Part shown: positions 55,618-64,000 of the stretch, piece by piece | How positions within the stretch are numbered: the first letter of the stretch is position 1 | Layout of the letters: each line of letters begins with the position of its first letter | From: Candidatus Eiseniibacteriota bacterium | Lineage (GTDB): Bacteria > Eisenbacteria > RBG-16-71-46 | DNA: 64,000 nucleotides | NCBI GenBank assembly: GCA_035691845.1 | Contig: DASSIN010000272.1 | Location: 936-64,935, forward strand | Direction of reading: 5' to 3' | The notes under the pieces: model-generated | What the model was told of the DNA's origin: nothing | Database searches by the model: none | Seen by the model: the letters and a program-made list of their open reading frames with translations, nothing else | Translations under genes and position numbers: made by a program

Positions 55618-55940
55618 GCGCGGGCGGGAGCGCGCCGCCGCCGCGCCGCGGCGATCCGCTCCCCATCGTCGCGGGCGTCCCGCCGCGTCCGGCGTCCTCG
55701 CCGCCACCGGACGATCTCGGCGAAGCGGACCCCGCGCGCCTGGCCCAGGGCTGGGAACGCCGCTTCATCGCCCAGGGCGCGCGCCTGGACGAGATGATGC
55801 GCCTCTATGAGGCGCTGGGCTACGAGGTGGCGGCCGATCCCGTCTCCGGCGGGCGGCCCGGCGTCGAATGCGAGGGGTGCCGGCTCGCCACCGGGCTCGG
55901 GTTCAAGTTGATCTACACGCGCAGCAGGCGCACATCGTGA
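55614..55940 (+). CDS. Small hypothetical protein (108 aa), last gene of the operon, with a C-terminal 'ECEGC' motif
   Basis: It is translationally coupled to the previous gene (ATGA). It has a Pro-rich N-terminus and contains 'RLDEMMRLYEALGYEVAADPVSGGRPGVECEGCRLATGLGFKLIY'. No homology clue. Confidence 0.4.
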   Translation: MSAGGSAPPPRRGDPLPIVAGVPPRPASSPPPDDLGEADPARLAQGWERRFIAQGARLDEMMRLYEALGYEVAADPVSGGRPGVECEGCRLATGLGFKLIYTRSRRTS

Positions 55941-55990
55941 AACCGGATGGCGCACACCGCCGCTCCGGATCCGCGGCCGGGAGGCCCGAC

Positions 55991-56377
55991 ATGAATCGAT
56001 TCGAGCACACCGTGACCAGCGCCAGGTCGTTCGACGACGCCGTCGCCGCGATCGAGCGGGTCGCGGTCGAGAAGGGGTTCCGCGTGCTGCACACGCACGA
56101 CGTCGCCGCCACGCTGGCCGAGAAGGGGTTCACGCGCGACCCGCTCAAGATCGTCGAGATCTGCAATGCGAAGTACGCCAGCCAGGTGCTGGCGAAGGAC
56201 GTGAAGATCGCGCTGATGCTGCCATGCCCGATCAGCGTCTACACCGAGGGCGGCAAGACTCGGATCAGTACGCTGCTGCCCTCCGTGATCTCCCAGTTCT
56301 ACCCCGACGCGCACGTGGAGGACGTGGCCGCCCAGGTCGAGAACGGCGTGCTCGACATCGTCGAGACCGCGAAATAG
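55991..56377 (+). CDS. DUF302 domain protein
   Basis: 'FDDAVAAIERVAVEKGFRVLHTHDVAATLAEKGF...LPCPISVY' is typical of the DUF302 (TT1751-like) fold. Confidence 0.75.
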   Translation: MNRFEHTVTSARSFDDAVAAIERVAVEKGFRVLHTHDVAATLAEKGFTRDPLKIVEICNAKYASQVLAKDVKIALMLPCPISVYTEGGKTRISTLLPSVISQFYPDAHVEDVAAQVENGVLDIVETAK

Positions 56378-56899
56378 TCTCCGGGCAGCCGCCGTCACGC
56401 TGTTCGTCGCGCCGCTGATCGAACACGCCTGGGGCGCAGCGCGTCGCATGGGTCGTGATCCCAGGTGGGCGACGTCCATGGTGCACAACAACCCGACGCG
56501 TGGTCTGCGCGTCTGACAGGGCTGGACTGTCAGTCTGTCCGCACGCGTCCCGCGCGCACTTCGTCCGGCGGCGTCAACAGCGTCCCATGCATGCACATCG
56601 GCGCGGCGGGCTCCCGGCACGCGCGATGCTCAGCTGTGGCGTTGCGTCGCCGGCGGCATCCGGCGATCGCGGCCGTGGCGCTGCCGGCGCCGGTCGCCGG
56701 CCGGGCCGCAGCACGCAGCGCGCAGCAGATGGCTGACGCCGACCGGGTCCGCCGTGAGATGGCGAGCAAATGGTGACTCGCTTCAGCGGACTGTCCGGCC
56801 CCGTTCGGACGGGTGGCCACCTGCGGCTGGCAGGGGCGCGCCGCCACATGGAGCAGTCACGCGACCGCATGAAGCGGCCGCGCAGAAAAGGGGAATGCC

Positions 56900-57295
56900 A
56901 TGAAGGGGTTCGTGGGGAACATCGAGGAGATGGTCGAGCACAATGCGGATTTCCGTCACGTCACGTACACCGGCAAGAAGCTTCAGCTCGTGCTGATGTC
57001 GCTCAAGCCGGGTGAGGAGATCGGCGAGGAGCTGCACCCCGATCACGACCAGTTCTTCCGGATCGAAAAAGGCAAGGGAGTGGTCACGATCGACGGACAC
57101 CGGACCGAGATCAAGGGCGACTTCGGCGTGCTGGTTCCGGCCGGCTCGAAGCACAACATCAAGAACACGGGCGACCGCGAGATGAAGCTGTACACGCTGT
57201 ACGGTCCGCCGCAGCACGAGGACGGCACGGTGCAGGTCACCAAGGCCGATGCCATCTCGTCGAAGGAGCATTTCGCCGGGCACACCACCGAGTGA
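56900..57295 (+). CDS. Cupin-domain protein (131 aa), compositionally atypical at about 55-60% GC
   Basis: The cupin motifs 'GEEIGEELHPDHDQFFRIEKG' and 'VLVPAGSKHNIKNTG' are present. GC content is visibly lower than the 70%+ flanks. Confidence 0.7.
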   Translation: MKGFVGNIEEMVEHNADFRHVTYTGKKLQLVLMSLKPGEEIGEELHPDHDQFFRIEKGKGVVTIDGHRTEIKGDFGVLVPAGSKHNIKNTGDREMKLYTLYGPPQHEDGTVQVTKADAISSKEHFAGHTTE

Positions 57296-57439
57296 AGCGC
57301 CGCCTGCGGCTCGCACCGCGGGCGTGATGCGAACACGGCCACCCGACTCGCACGGGTGGCCGTTTCGTCTCCCGCCCCCTCGCGCACGCGCCGGCGGGAG
57401 TGCTTTCCATCGCCGTCGCCGGACCGGTATGGTCGGCGC

Positions 57440-59599
57440 GTGCGTCACGCCCTGATCCGGAACGCGCGCGTCGGCGCGGCGCCCGTCGCACTGTTCGCCA
57501 CGCTGCTCGCGTGCGCGTGCGTGGCCCGCGCGCACGCGTCGGGCTATCCGCCCACCCGGCGCGACAGCGTGGTGGACGACCTTCACGGCGTTCAGGTGGC
57601 CGATCCCTATCGCTGGCTCGAGCGGCTGGACGACGACTCCACGCGCGACTGGGTGAACGCCCAGACCGGGGTCACCGAGGCGTACCTGGCCCGCGTTCCC
57701 GGCCGCGACGCGATCCGGCGGCGGCTCGAGACGCTGTGGAACGTTCCCCGGACCGATGTCCCGTGGCGCGAGGCCGGGCGACTGTTCTACGTCGCCAGCT
57801 CCGGCCGGCAGCGCCAGCCCGTGCTGTACACGGTGCGCAACCCGGGCGACCGGCCACGGGTCGTGCTCGATCCGCACACGATCTCGCCCGATGGCTCGAT
57901 CGAGGTGGGGGACTACGCCGTGTCGCCCGACGGGCGCTGGCTGTCGTACTCCGTGTCGCGCGGGGGCGCCGACATCGGCGAGACCCACGTGCGGGATCTC
58001 GCCACCGGCCGCGACCGCGACGACGTGGTGCATGGCGCGTGGGGCGAGGCGTGCTGGACGTTCGACGGCGGCGGGTTCTTCTACATGCGCCCGCCGGCGG
58101 CGGCCCCGGGGGATTCGTCCGGCGCGGCGCGCGCGGGCAAGCAGCTGTTCTATCACGTGCTCGGCCAGCCCCAGTCGCGCGACCGGCTGCTGCGCCAGTG
58201 GAACGACGACGTGCGCTGGGTCTACACGATGCTGAGCGACGACGGACGCCGGGCGATCGTCGTGGCGCAGCGGGGCGAGAACGCCTCGATGAGCGTGATG
58301 GATCTCGGGCACGCGCGCGCCCCCGATCTGTCCGCACCGCTCGTGCCGCTGCTCGCCGGCCACGACGTCGGCAACACGCCGATCGGCACGGTGGGCGATG
58401 TGCTGTACGTGGTCACCCACCTCGACGCGCCCCGCGGCCGGGTGATCGCGCTCGATCTGCGCCAGGGCGCGGGCGCCCGGCCGCGCACGGTGATTCCGGA
58501 ATCGGACGACGTGATCCAGAACGCCACCGTGGCCGGCGACCGGCTCGCGCTCCAATACCTGCACGACGTGTGCAGCCGGCTCTCGCTGTTCGCGCTCGAC
58601 GGGCGCGCCGTGCGCGAGGTGGCGTTGCCCGGGGTGGGCGCCATCGGCTGGCCGCTCAACGGCCGCAACTCGGCGCCGGAGCTGTGGTACGCGTTCACGT
58701 CGTACCTGACGCCGGCCACCGTGTATCGCTGCGACATCGCGAGCGGACGCAGCGCCGCGTTCCATCCTGCGCACGTGCCATTCGACCCCGGCGCGTACGA
58801 GACCCGGCAGGTGTTCTATCGCTCGAAGGACGGCACGCGCGTGCCGATGTTCGTCACCGCGCGCCGCGGCATCGCGCTCGACGGCTCGCATCCGGTACTG
58901 CTCACCGGCTACGGGGGGTTCGGCACCGTGTTCGCGCCCCCCTACCGCCCCGATCTGCCGCCGTGGCTCGAGCACGGCGGCGTCTACGCGGCCGCCAACC
59001 TGCGCGGGGGCGGCGAATACGGCGAGCCGTGGCACCGCGCCGGCAGCCGCGAACACAAGCAGACCAGCTTCGACGACTTCATCGCGGCGGCGGAATACCT
59101 GGTGGCGCGCGGCTACACGCGTCCGGAGCGGCTGGCGATCTACGGGCACTCGAACGGCGGGCTGCTGATCGGCGCCGCGATCACGCAGCGGCCCGACCTG
59201 TTCGCGGCCGCGGTGCCGAACGCGGGCCACTACGACATGCTGCGCTTCCATCGCTTCACGGTCGGGGCCGGCTGGATTCCCGAGTACGGATCACCCGACA
59301 GCGCCGCCGATTTCGCCGTGCTGCGCGCGTACTCGCCGCTGCACAACGTCCGCGCCGGCACATGCTATCCGGCCACGCTGCTGCTCGCCGCCGACCACGA
59401 CGACCGCGTGGTGCCGAGCCATTCCTACAAGTTCACCGCCGCGCTGCAGGCGGCGCAGGCGTGCGACGCGCCGGTGCTGCTGCGTGTCGCACGCAACGCC
59501 AGCCACAGCTACGCGTCCGACACCGAGGCGATCGCCGAGGCCACCGACATGTGGGCGTTCGTCGCGGCGCGCGTGGGCGTGTCGTTGACGTCGCCGTGA
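57440..59599 (+). CDS. Prolyl oligopeptidase (S9A family serine peptidase), secreted
   Basis: The N-terminal beta-propeller region 'DPYRWLERLDDDSTRDWVNAQT' is present. The catalytic Ser is in 'GHSNGGLLIGAAITQRPDLFAAAV' and the Asp/His are in the C-terminal region. The GTG start gives a signal peptide; ATG 57356 is an alternative. Confidence 0.8.
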   Translation: MRHALIRNARVGAAPVALFATLLACACVARAHASGYPPTRRDSVVDDLHGVQVADPYRWLERLDDDSTRDWVNAQTGVTEAYLARVPGRDAIRRRLETLWNVPRTDVPWREAGRLFYVASSGRQRQPVLYTVRNPGDRPRVVLDPHTISPDGSIEVGDYAVSPDGRWLSYSVSRGGADIGETHVRDLATGRDRDDVVHGAWGEACWTFDGGGFFYMRPPAAAPGDSSGAARAGKQLFYHVLGQPQSRDRLLRQWNDDVRWVYTMLSDDGRRAIVVAQRGENASMSVMDLGHARAPDLSAPLVPLLAGHDVGNTPIGTVGDVLYVVTHLDAPRGRVIALDLRQGAGARPRTVIPESDDVIQNATVAGDRLALQYLHDVCSRLSLFALDGRAVREVALPGVGAIGWPLNGRNSAPELWYAFTSYLTPATVYRCDIASGRSAAFHPAHVPFDPGAYETRQVFYRSKDGTRVPMFVTARRGIALDGSHPVLLTGYGGFGTVFAPPYRPDLPPWLEHGGVYAAANLRGGGEYGEPWHRAGSREHKQTSFDDFIAAAEYLVARGYTRPERLAIYGHSNGGLLIGAAITQRPDLFAAAVPNAGHYDMLRFHRFTVGAGWIPEYGSPDSAADFAVLRAYSPLHNVRAGTCYPATLLLAADHDDRVVPSHSYKFTAALQAAQACDAPVLLRVARNASHSYASDTEAIAEATDMWAFVAARVGVSLTSP

Positions 59600-59627
59600 G
59601 CGCCGCGCACGGACGCGCGCCCGGCGC

Positions 59628-60596
59628 TCATTTTGCGGCGACCACCGGCGGGCCGACGTCGCGCCGCACCGGCGGCACCGTCATCAGATAGCGGTAGATC
59701 GCGCGCAGGTCGTCCTCGCGCATGCGGCGGAATCCCTGCCACGGCATCGGCGAGCCCGGCAGCAGCCGGCCGGCGCGGAACCGCTGCACGAACTGGTCTT
59801 CGGTCAGCTTCCCGAGCCGCCCGGTCGCCGGGTCGCGCGTGATGTTGGGCGGCGCCCAGATCATGCCGGGAGTGTCGGAGCTGGTGAAGCGCGTGGCGCC
59901 GCCGAACCGCGGGCCGTCGAGCGCGCCAGTGCGCTCGTCGCGCTCGGTGTGGCACGCCCAGCACAGGCCCACCGACTCCACCAGACAGTGCCCGTTCTCG
60001 ACCGTGGCGCCGCGCGGACTCGCCTGGAGTGGCGGCGCGCTCGGACCGACGGGGTTCGCGAGGAGGGTGGCCTTCACCACCTTGCCGAGCAGGGTGTACT
60101 CGTGCGCGGGCACGGGATGGTGAACGGGCGGCTGCGAGCGCAGGTAGGAGACGACGGCCTCAAGATCGTCGTCCGACAGGCCCTGCATCTCCATGAATGG
60201 CAGCAGCGCGCGCCCGTCGGGGCCGACGCCGAAGCGCAGCGCGCGTGCGACCGCGCCATCCGCGTAGCGTCCGATGCCGGTCTGCGAGTCCGGCGTGATG
60301 TTGCGCGCCCGGAACTTGCCGGGCGGGATGTCGAACGTGAATCCGCCGCTCAACGGCACGTCGGCGCCGTCCATCCACGCCGCGCGCTGCGCCGGGTCGC
60401 CGTGGCACTGAGCGCAATTGGCGACGTTGCGCACCAGGTAGCGCCCGCGCGCGACCACGGCCGTGTCGGCGCTGGCGGCCACGGCAGGGTATGGCACGTC
60501 GAACGTGAGGTGCTGCCGCGAGGACACGAACACGGCGCCGGCGGCGACCGCCAGCACGATCACTCCAGGCAACGCGAACAGGATTCTGCGAAGCAT
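59628..60596 (-). CDS. Membrane-anchored di-heme c-type cytochrome
   Basis: The 322-aa C-terminal part of ORF 59628..61121 has an N-terminal TM helix 'ILFALPGVIVLAVAAGAVFV' and two CxxCH motifs, 'CAQCH' and 'CWACH'. A GGAGG RBS precedes it. Confidence 0.75.
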   Translation of the reverse strand: MLRRILFALPGVIVLAVAAGAVFVSSRQHLTFDVPYPAVAASADTAVVARGRYLVRNVANCAQCHGDPAQRAAWMDGADVPLSGGFTFDIPPGKFRARNITPDSQTGIGRYADGAVARALRFGVGPDGRALLPFMEMQGLSDDDLEAVVSYLRSQPPVHHPVPAHEYTLLGKVVKATLLANPVGPSAPPLQASPRGATVENGHCLVESVGLCWACHTERDERTGALDGPRFGGATRFTSSDTPGMIWAPPNITRDPATGRLGKLTEDQFVQRFRAGRLLPGSPMPWQGFRRMREDDLRAIYRYLMTVPPVRRDVGPPVVAAK

Positions 60597-60725
60597 GCGG
60601 GCCTCCGGGGGCGGCGGTGGCGCGCCCGCGTTCCCCGGACCGTCGCAGGCGTCTCCGTGACACCCATCACGCGAACGGCGGCCGCGGAGTGCGTGTCCAG
60701 CGCGCAGTTGGGGTACTTTCGTAAC

Positions 60726-63383
60726 ATGCAGCTCCCTTCGGGCGCCAGGCTGGGCCCCTACCAGATCCTCCGTCCGCTCGGCGCCGGCGGCATGGGGGAG
60801 GTGTATCGCGCCCTGGACCCCCGCCTCGGGCGCGAGGTCGCGATCAAGGTGCTGCCCCAGCATCTGTCCGCCCAGCCCGAGGTGCGCGCGCGCTTCGAAC
60901 GCGAGGCGAAGACCGTGTCGAGCCTCAACCATCCGAACATCTGCACGCTGTTCGACGTGGGCCGCGAAGGCGATACCGATTTCCTGGTGATGGAGCTGGT
61001 GGACGGCGAGACGCTGGCCGAGCGGCTCGGGCGCGGCGCGCTGCCGGTGGGCGAGACGCTCCGGATCGGCGCACAGATCGCCGATGCCCTGGACCGTGCT
61101 CATCGCGCGGGGGTGATCCACCGCGACCTGAAGCCCGGCAACATCATGCTCACGAAGTCAGGCGCCAAGCTGATGGACTTCGGGCTCGCGCGCGCCGACG
61201 GGCTCGCCGGCCCGGCGCCGGGCTCGGGCGCGTCGCCCGCCGCGCTCACCCAATCGCCCACCGTCGCGCAACCTCTGACGGCCGAAGGCACCATCGTCGG
61301 CACCTTCCAGTACATGGCGCCGGAGCAGCTCGAGGGCCGCGAGGCCGACGCGCGAACCGACATCTGGGCGCTGGGCTGCGTGCTGTACGAGATGGCGACC
61401 GGCCGCCGCGCGTTCGAGGGCCGCAGCCATGCCTCGCTGATCGCGGCGATCCTCGAGCGCGAGCCCGCGCCCGCCTCGCTGCTGTCGCCCGCGAGCCCGC
61501 CCGCGCTCGACCGGCTGATCGGACGCTGCCTCGCCAAGGACCCTGACGACCGCTGGCAGACCGCACGCGACCTGATGCACGAGCTGCGCGCGATCCCGGA
61601 CGCGACCGGCGGCGCGGCCGGCGCGCCGGTGGTGCGCGCCCGCGCCAGCCGCGGCCCAACGCTGCCGTGGGCGATCGCCGGCGCGGCCCTGCTCGCGGCG
61701 CTCGGCCTCGGTGCGGCGTGGGTCACGCGCACGTCCGGGCCGCGCGAGCCGGTGCAGCTCTCGCTGCTGCCGGCCGAGCGCTCGGTGTTCACCCCGTACA
61801 GCTCGCTGATCGCGATCTCGCCCGACGGCCGCAGCATCGCCTACTGTGCGGCGGATCCGGGCAGTCACCAGCGCCTCGCGCTCTACGTCCAGTCGCTCGA
61901 CTCGCGCACGCCGGTCCATCTGATGGACGGCGAGACGCCGCTGGAGCCGTTCTGGTCTCCCAACGGGCGCGAGCTCGGCGTGCTCAGCATGGGCGGCCGG
62001 CAGCTGGTGACGATCCCGGTGAGCGGCGGAAGCCCCACCGTGGTGTGCCCGAGTCCGGGAGGCCGGGGCGGCACGTGGAATCGAAACGGCGAGATCGTGT
62101 TCGCGCCCAGCGCATCGGGCCCGCTGTATCGGGTTTCGGCGAGTGGAGGACAGCCGCAACAGGCGACGTGGCCAGACACCGCCCGCCACGAGATCGGCCA
62201 TCGCTTCCCATGCTTCCTTCCCGACGGCCGGCACTTCCTGTACGTCTCGCTGCCGCGCGGACCGGACGGGTTCCCGATCTACGTGGCGGCGCTCGACTCG
62301 CACGCGGCGCGGCAGATCACGGGCGCGGATTCGGCTCCGACCTACGCCGAGCCCGGCTATTTGCTGTTCCGGCGCGCGGGGAAGGTCATGGCGCAGCGCT
62401 TCGACGCTCGCGCCCTGAAGCTCGCGGGAGCGCCGGTGGCGATCGCGGACGCGCCGCCGATCAGCGACCTCGACGCGGAGCCGGTCGCGGCAGCGTCGCG
62501 CAACGGACGGCTGGTGATGGTGGACGCGCGCGCCCCCGACACGCAGCTCGAGTGGCTGGATCCGAGCGGCGCGCCGCATGGCGTGCTCGCGCTGCCGGCG
62601 GCGCCGTGGGGGCCTCCCAGGCTGTCGCCCGACGGCCGCTTCGCGATCGTGGCGAAGGAGGGCGACCTCTGGAGCGTGGACCTCCAGCGCTCGGTCGCCA
62701 CGCGCATCACCTCGAGCGGCCTCGTGCGCGGCGACGCGGTGTGGTCGCCGGACGGCCGCCGCATCGCGTTCCCGGAGGATCATGGCCGCGAGGAGATCAT
62801 GATGATGAACGCGGACGGCTCGGGCAAGGCCGAGACCGTTGCGACCACCGACGATCTGTTCAAGCTGCCGGAGGACTGGTCGAGCGCGGGCCTCGTATTC
62901 CAGGTCATCGCGCGCCAGACCCTGCGCGACCAGTGGTTGCTGCCCACGGACGGCGGCAAGCCGGTTCCACTGCTGCAGACGCCATTCCCCGAATACGGCG
63001 GGCGGGTATCGCCAGACGGGCGCTGGATCGCGTACCTGTCCACCGAGAGCGGGCACGACGACGTCTACGTGCAGTCGTTCCCGACCCTGGGCCACAAGCT
63101 GCGCGTGTCCACCGAGGGCGCGCAGCGGGTGTGGTGGATGCCGGGCAGCGACGGACTGTGGTACGCGCGCTCAGACGACAACGCGGTGATGCGGGTGACG
63201 CTCACGCGCCGCGGCGATGCGCTCGTGGTGGGGGAGCCGCACGCCCAGCGACCCTCTCCGCCGGGGCTGATCGGCGGCGACATCGCGCGTGACGGCCGGC
63301 GCGTGCTCGCCACCATCGCTCGCGCATCGGGGTCGAGCAGCGCGCGCGTGACGCTGGACTGGACGGCCCTGCTCCGGCCTTGA
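60726..63383 (+). CDS. Serine/threonine protein kinase fused to a TM segment and a TolB-like (PD40) beta-propeller
   Basis: The kinase subdomains 'LGAGGMGEVYRALD...VAIKVL', 'HRDLKPGNIML', 'DFGLAR' and 'GTFQYMAPEQ' are present. The C-terminal half has repeated 'SPDGR...A' PD40-like blades. The ATG at 60726 was placed by arithmetic within ORF 59949..63383. Confidence 0.8.
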   Translation: MQLPSGARLGPYQILRPLGAGGMGEVYRALDPRLGREVAIKVLPQHLSAQPEVRARFEREAKTVSSLNHPNICTLFDVGREGDTDFLVMELVDGETLAERLGRGALPVGETLRIGAQIADALDRAHRAGVIHRDLKPGNIMLTKSGAKLMDFGLARADGLAGPAPGSGASPAALTQSPTVAQPLTAEGTIVGTFQYMAPEQLEGREADARTDIWALGCVLYEMATGRRAFEGRSHASLIAAILEREPAPASLLSPASPPALDRLIGRCLAKDPDDRWQTARDLMHELRAIPDATGGAAGAPVVRARASRGPTLPWAIAGAALLAALGLGAAWVTRTSGPREPVQLSLLPAERSVFTPYSSLIAISPDGRSIAYCAADPGSHQRLALYVQSLDSRTPVHLMDGETPLEPFWSPNGRELGVLSMGGRQLVTIPVSGGSPTVVCPSPGGRGGTWNRNGEIVFAPSASGPLYRVSASGGQPQQATWPDTARHEIGHRFPCFLPDGRHFLYVSLPRGPDGFPIYVAALDSHAARQITGADSAPTYAEPGYLLFRRAGKVMAQRFDARALKLAGAPVAIADAPPISDLDAEPVAAASRNGRLVMVDARAPDTQLEWLDPSGAPHGVLALPAAPWGPPRLSPDGRFAIVAKEGDLWSVDLQRSVATRITSSGLVRGDAVWSPDGRRIAFPEDHGREEIMMMNADGSGKAETVATTDDLFKLPEDWSSAGLVFQVIARQTLRDQWLLPTDGGKPVPLLQTPFPEYGGRVSPDGRWIAYLSTESGHDDVYVQSFPTLGHKLRVSTEGAQRVWWMPGSDGLWYARSDDNAVMRVTLTRRGDALVVGEPHAQRPSPPGLIGGDIARDGRRVLATIARASGSSSARVTLDWTALLRP

Positions 63384-63473
63384 TCGCGCGCGTTGGATCG
63401 CGCCGCAACGCGAACGGGGCGTCGCGCGTTTCGCGCGGCGCCCCGTGGCGTTCGAACCCGGGTTCCCTCGGGC

Positions 63474-64000
63474 CTAGCGGGCGGACTCCGGGCCGATCTT
63501 CACCACGCCGCCTTCCGGCGCGTCCGGCTCGACCTGGGTGACGCCGCGGATGCGGGCCGGATTGCCGATCGTGCGCGCGGCCAGGTCGTGCACCACGCGC
63601 TGGGCGATGTCGCCGGCCTGCTCGGCGCTGCGGGCGGTCACGGTGACGCGCAGCGGCCGCTGCCCGGCGGCGTCCGCGTTCAGCCACGTCGCGGCCTCGA
63701 GCACGATCGGAGCCGGCGTGCCGCTCGCGCCCGGCGTGTCGGAATCGAGCAGGCTGCCGGAGAACGCCAGCGTCGATCCCTGAGGACCGACCGTGCGAAA
63801 CGCGCTCACCCGGAAGCCTTCGCCCACGACGTTGCGCTTGTTGCCGGCCTTGTCGTAGGCCTCGAATACGTAGCTGTAGGTGAGCCCCGGCAGCACCGGC
63901 TCGCCGGTGGTGGAACGGCCGTCCCACACGATCTCGTGCGGCGGCTCGCCGCGGCCGGCGAACGACGCCACCGGCGTGCCCTTGGCGTTCGCGACCACGA
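63474..64000 (-). CDS. Hypothetical protein, partial (runs off the window end); contains a FlgD-Ig-like segment
   Basis: ORF 63474..63998 on the minus strand contains 'EIVWDGRSTTGEPVLPGLTYSYVFEAYDKAGN', which resembles FlgD Ig-like / T9SS C-terminal-domain-type beta-sandwich motifs. The true start may lie beyond position 64000. Confidence 0.4.
   Translation of the reverse strand, partial: VVANAKGTPVASFAGRGEPPHEIVWDGRSTTGEPVLPGLTYSYVFEAYDKAGNKRNVVGEGFRVSAFRTVGPQGSTLAFSGSLLDSDTPGASGTPAPIVLEAATWLNADAAGQRPLRVTVTARSAEQAGDIAQRVVHDLAARTIGNPARIRGVTQVEPDAPEGGVVKIGPESAR

Noticed and set aside
59949-60725. 259-aa N-terminal extension of the kinase ORF (59949..63383)
   Set aside because: It is antisense to the di-heme cytochrome gene and Arg/His-rich. 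The kinase starts at the ATG at 60726 with the Gly-loop motif a few residues in.

Overview
This is a 64-kb, high-GC (about 70-72%) bacterial chromosomal segment. I call about 70 protein-coding genes, 3 tRNAs (Gly-CCC, Pro-GGG, Pro-CGG), no rRNA, no CRISPR array and no recognisable mobile element. The first 15 kb is a housekeeping block: a parvulin-type PPIase, mutL-miaA, tRNA-Gly, der-plsY-gpsA, a MerR regulator, a lipid A acyltransferase and GT2 glycosyltransferase, surE-pcm, acyP, a sigma-70 family factor, apt, and a convergent cspA with a clean rho-independent terminator. The middle part (15-45 kb) looks accessory. It holds an MFS transporter with an outer-membrane beta-barrel, a TcmP-type methyltransferase divergent from an aromatic amino acid decarboxylase, an Ada-AlkA/Ogt alkylation-repair pair, and a GlxA regulator followed by a secreted Zn-ribbon-DJ-1/PfpI fusion. 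It also holds VOC, CHRD, pirin, a crcB operon with two DUF190 genes, SRPBCC and VIT1 genes, several TetR and AraC regulators, and a set of secreted proteins, one of which is built from eight repeats of about 50 aa. Three proteins carry a FlgD-Ig / T9SS-like C-terminal domain of the kind seen in Gemmatimonadota and FCB-group bacteria; that phylum-level placement is inference only. The most notable locus is a tightly packed 13-gene operon at 45.3-55.9 kb behind a TetR gene and an AT-rich operator. It encodes a Zn-ADH (Had-like), a 367-aa crotonase with the BamA/Oah marker motifs QHNSYTT and GQEIGMA, an SDR, an SCP2-type thiolase, a DUF35 protein, an enoyl-CoA hydratase, two HGD-D family subunits and two BadF/BadG/BcrA/BcrD-type ATPases. 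That is the gene content of an ATP-dependent class I benzoyl-CoA reductase-type aryl-CoA dearomatisation and ring-cleavage pathway. Many long arginine-rich antisense ORFs in the six-frame track are high-GC artefacts and are rejected. Where my direct base reading disagreed with the ORF-track arithmetic I used the arithmetic; coordinates derived by arithmetic are trustworthy, and tRNA, hairpin and operator coordinates may be off by 1-2 nt.
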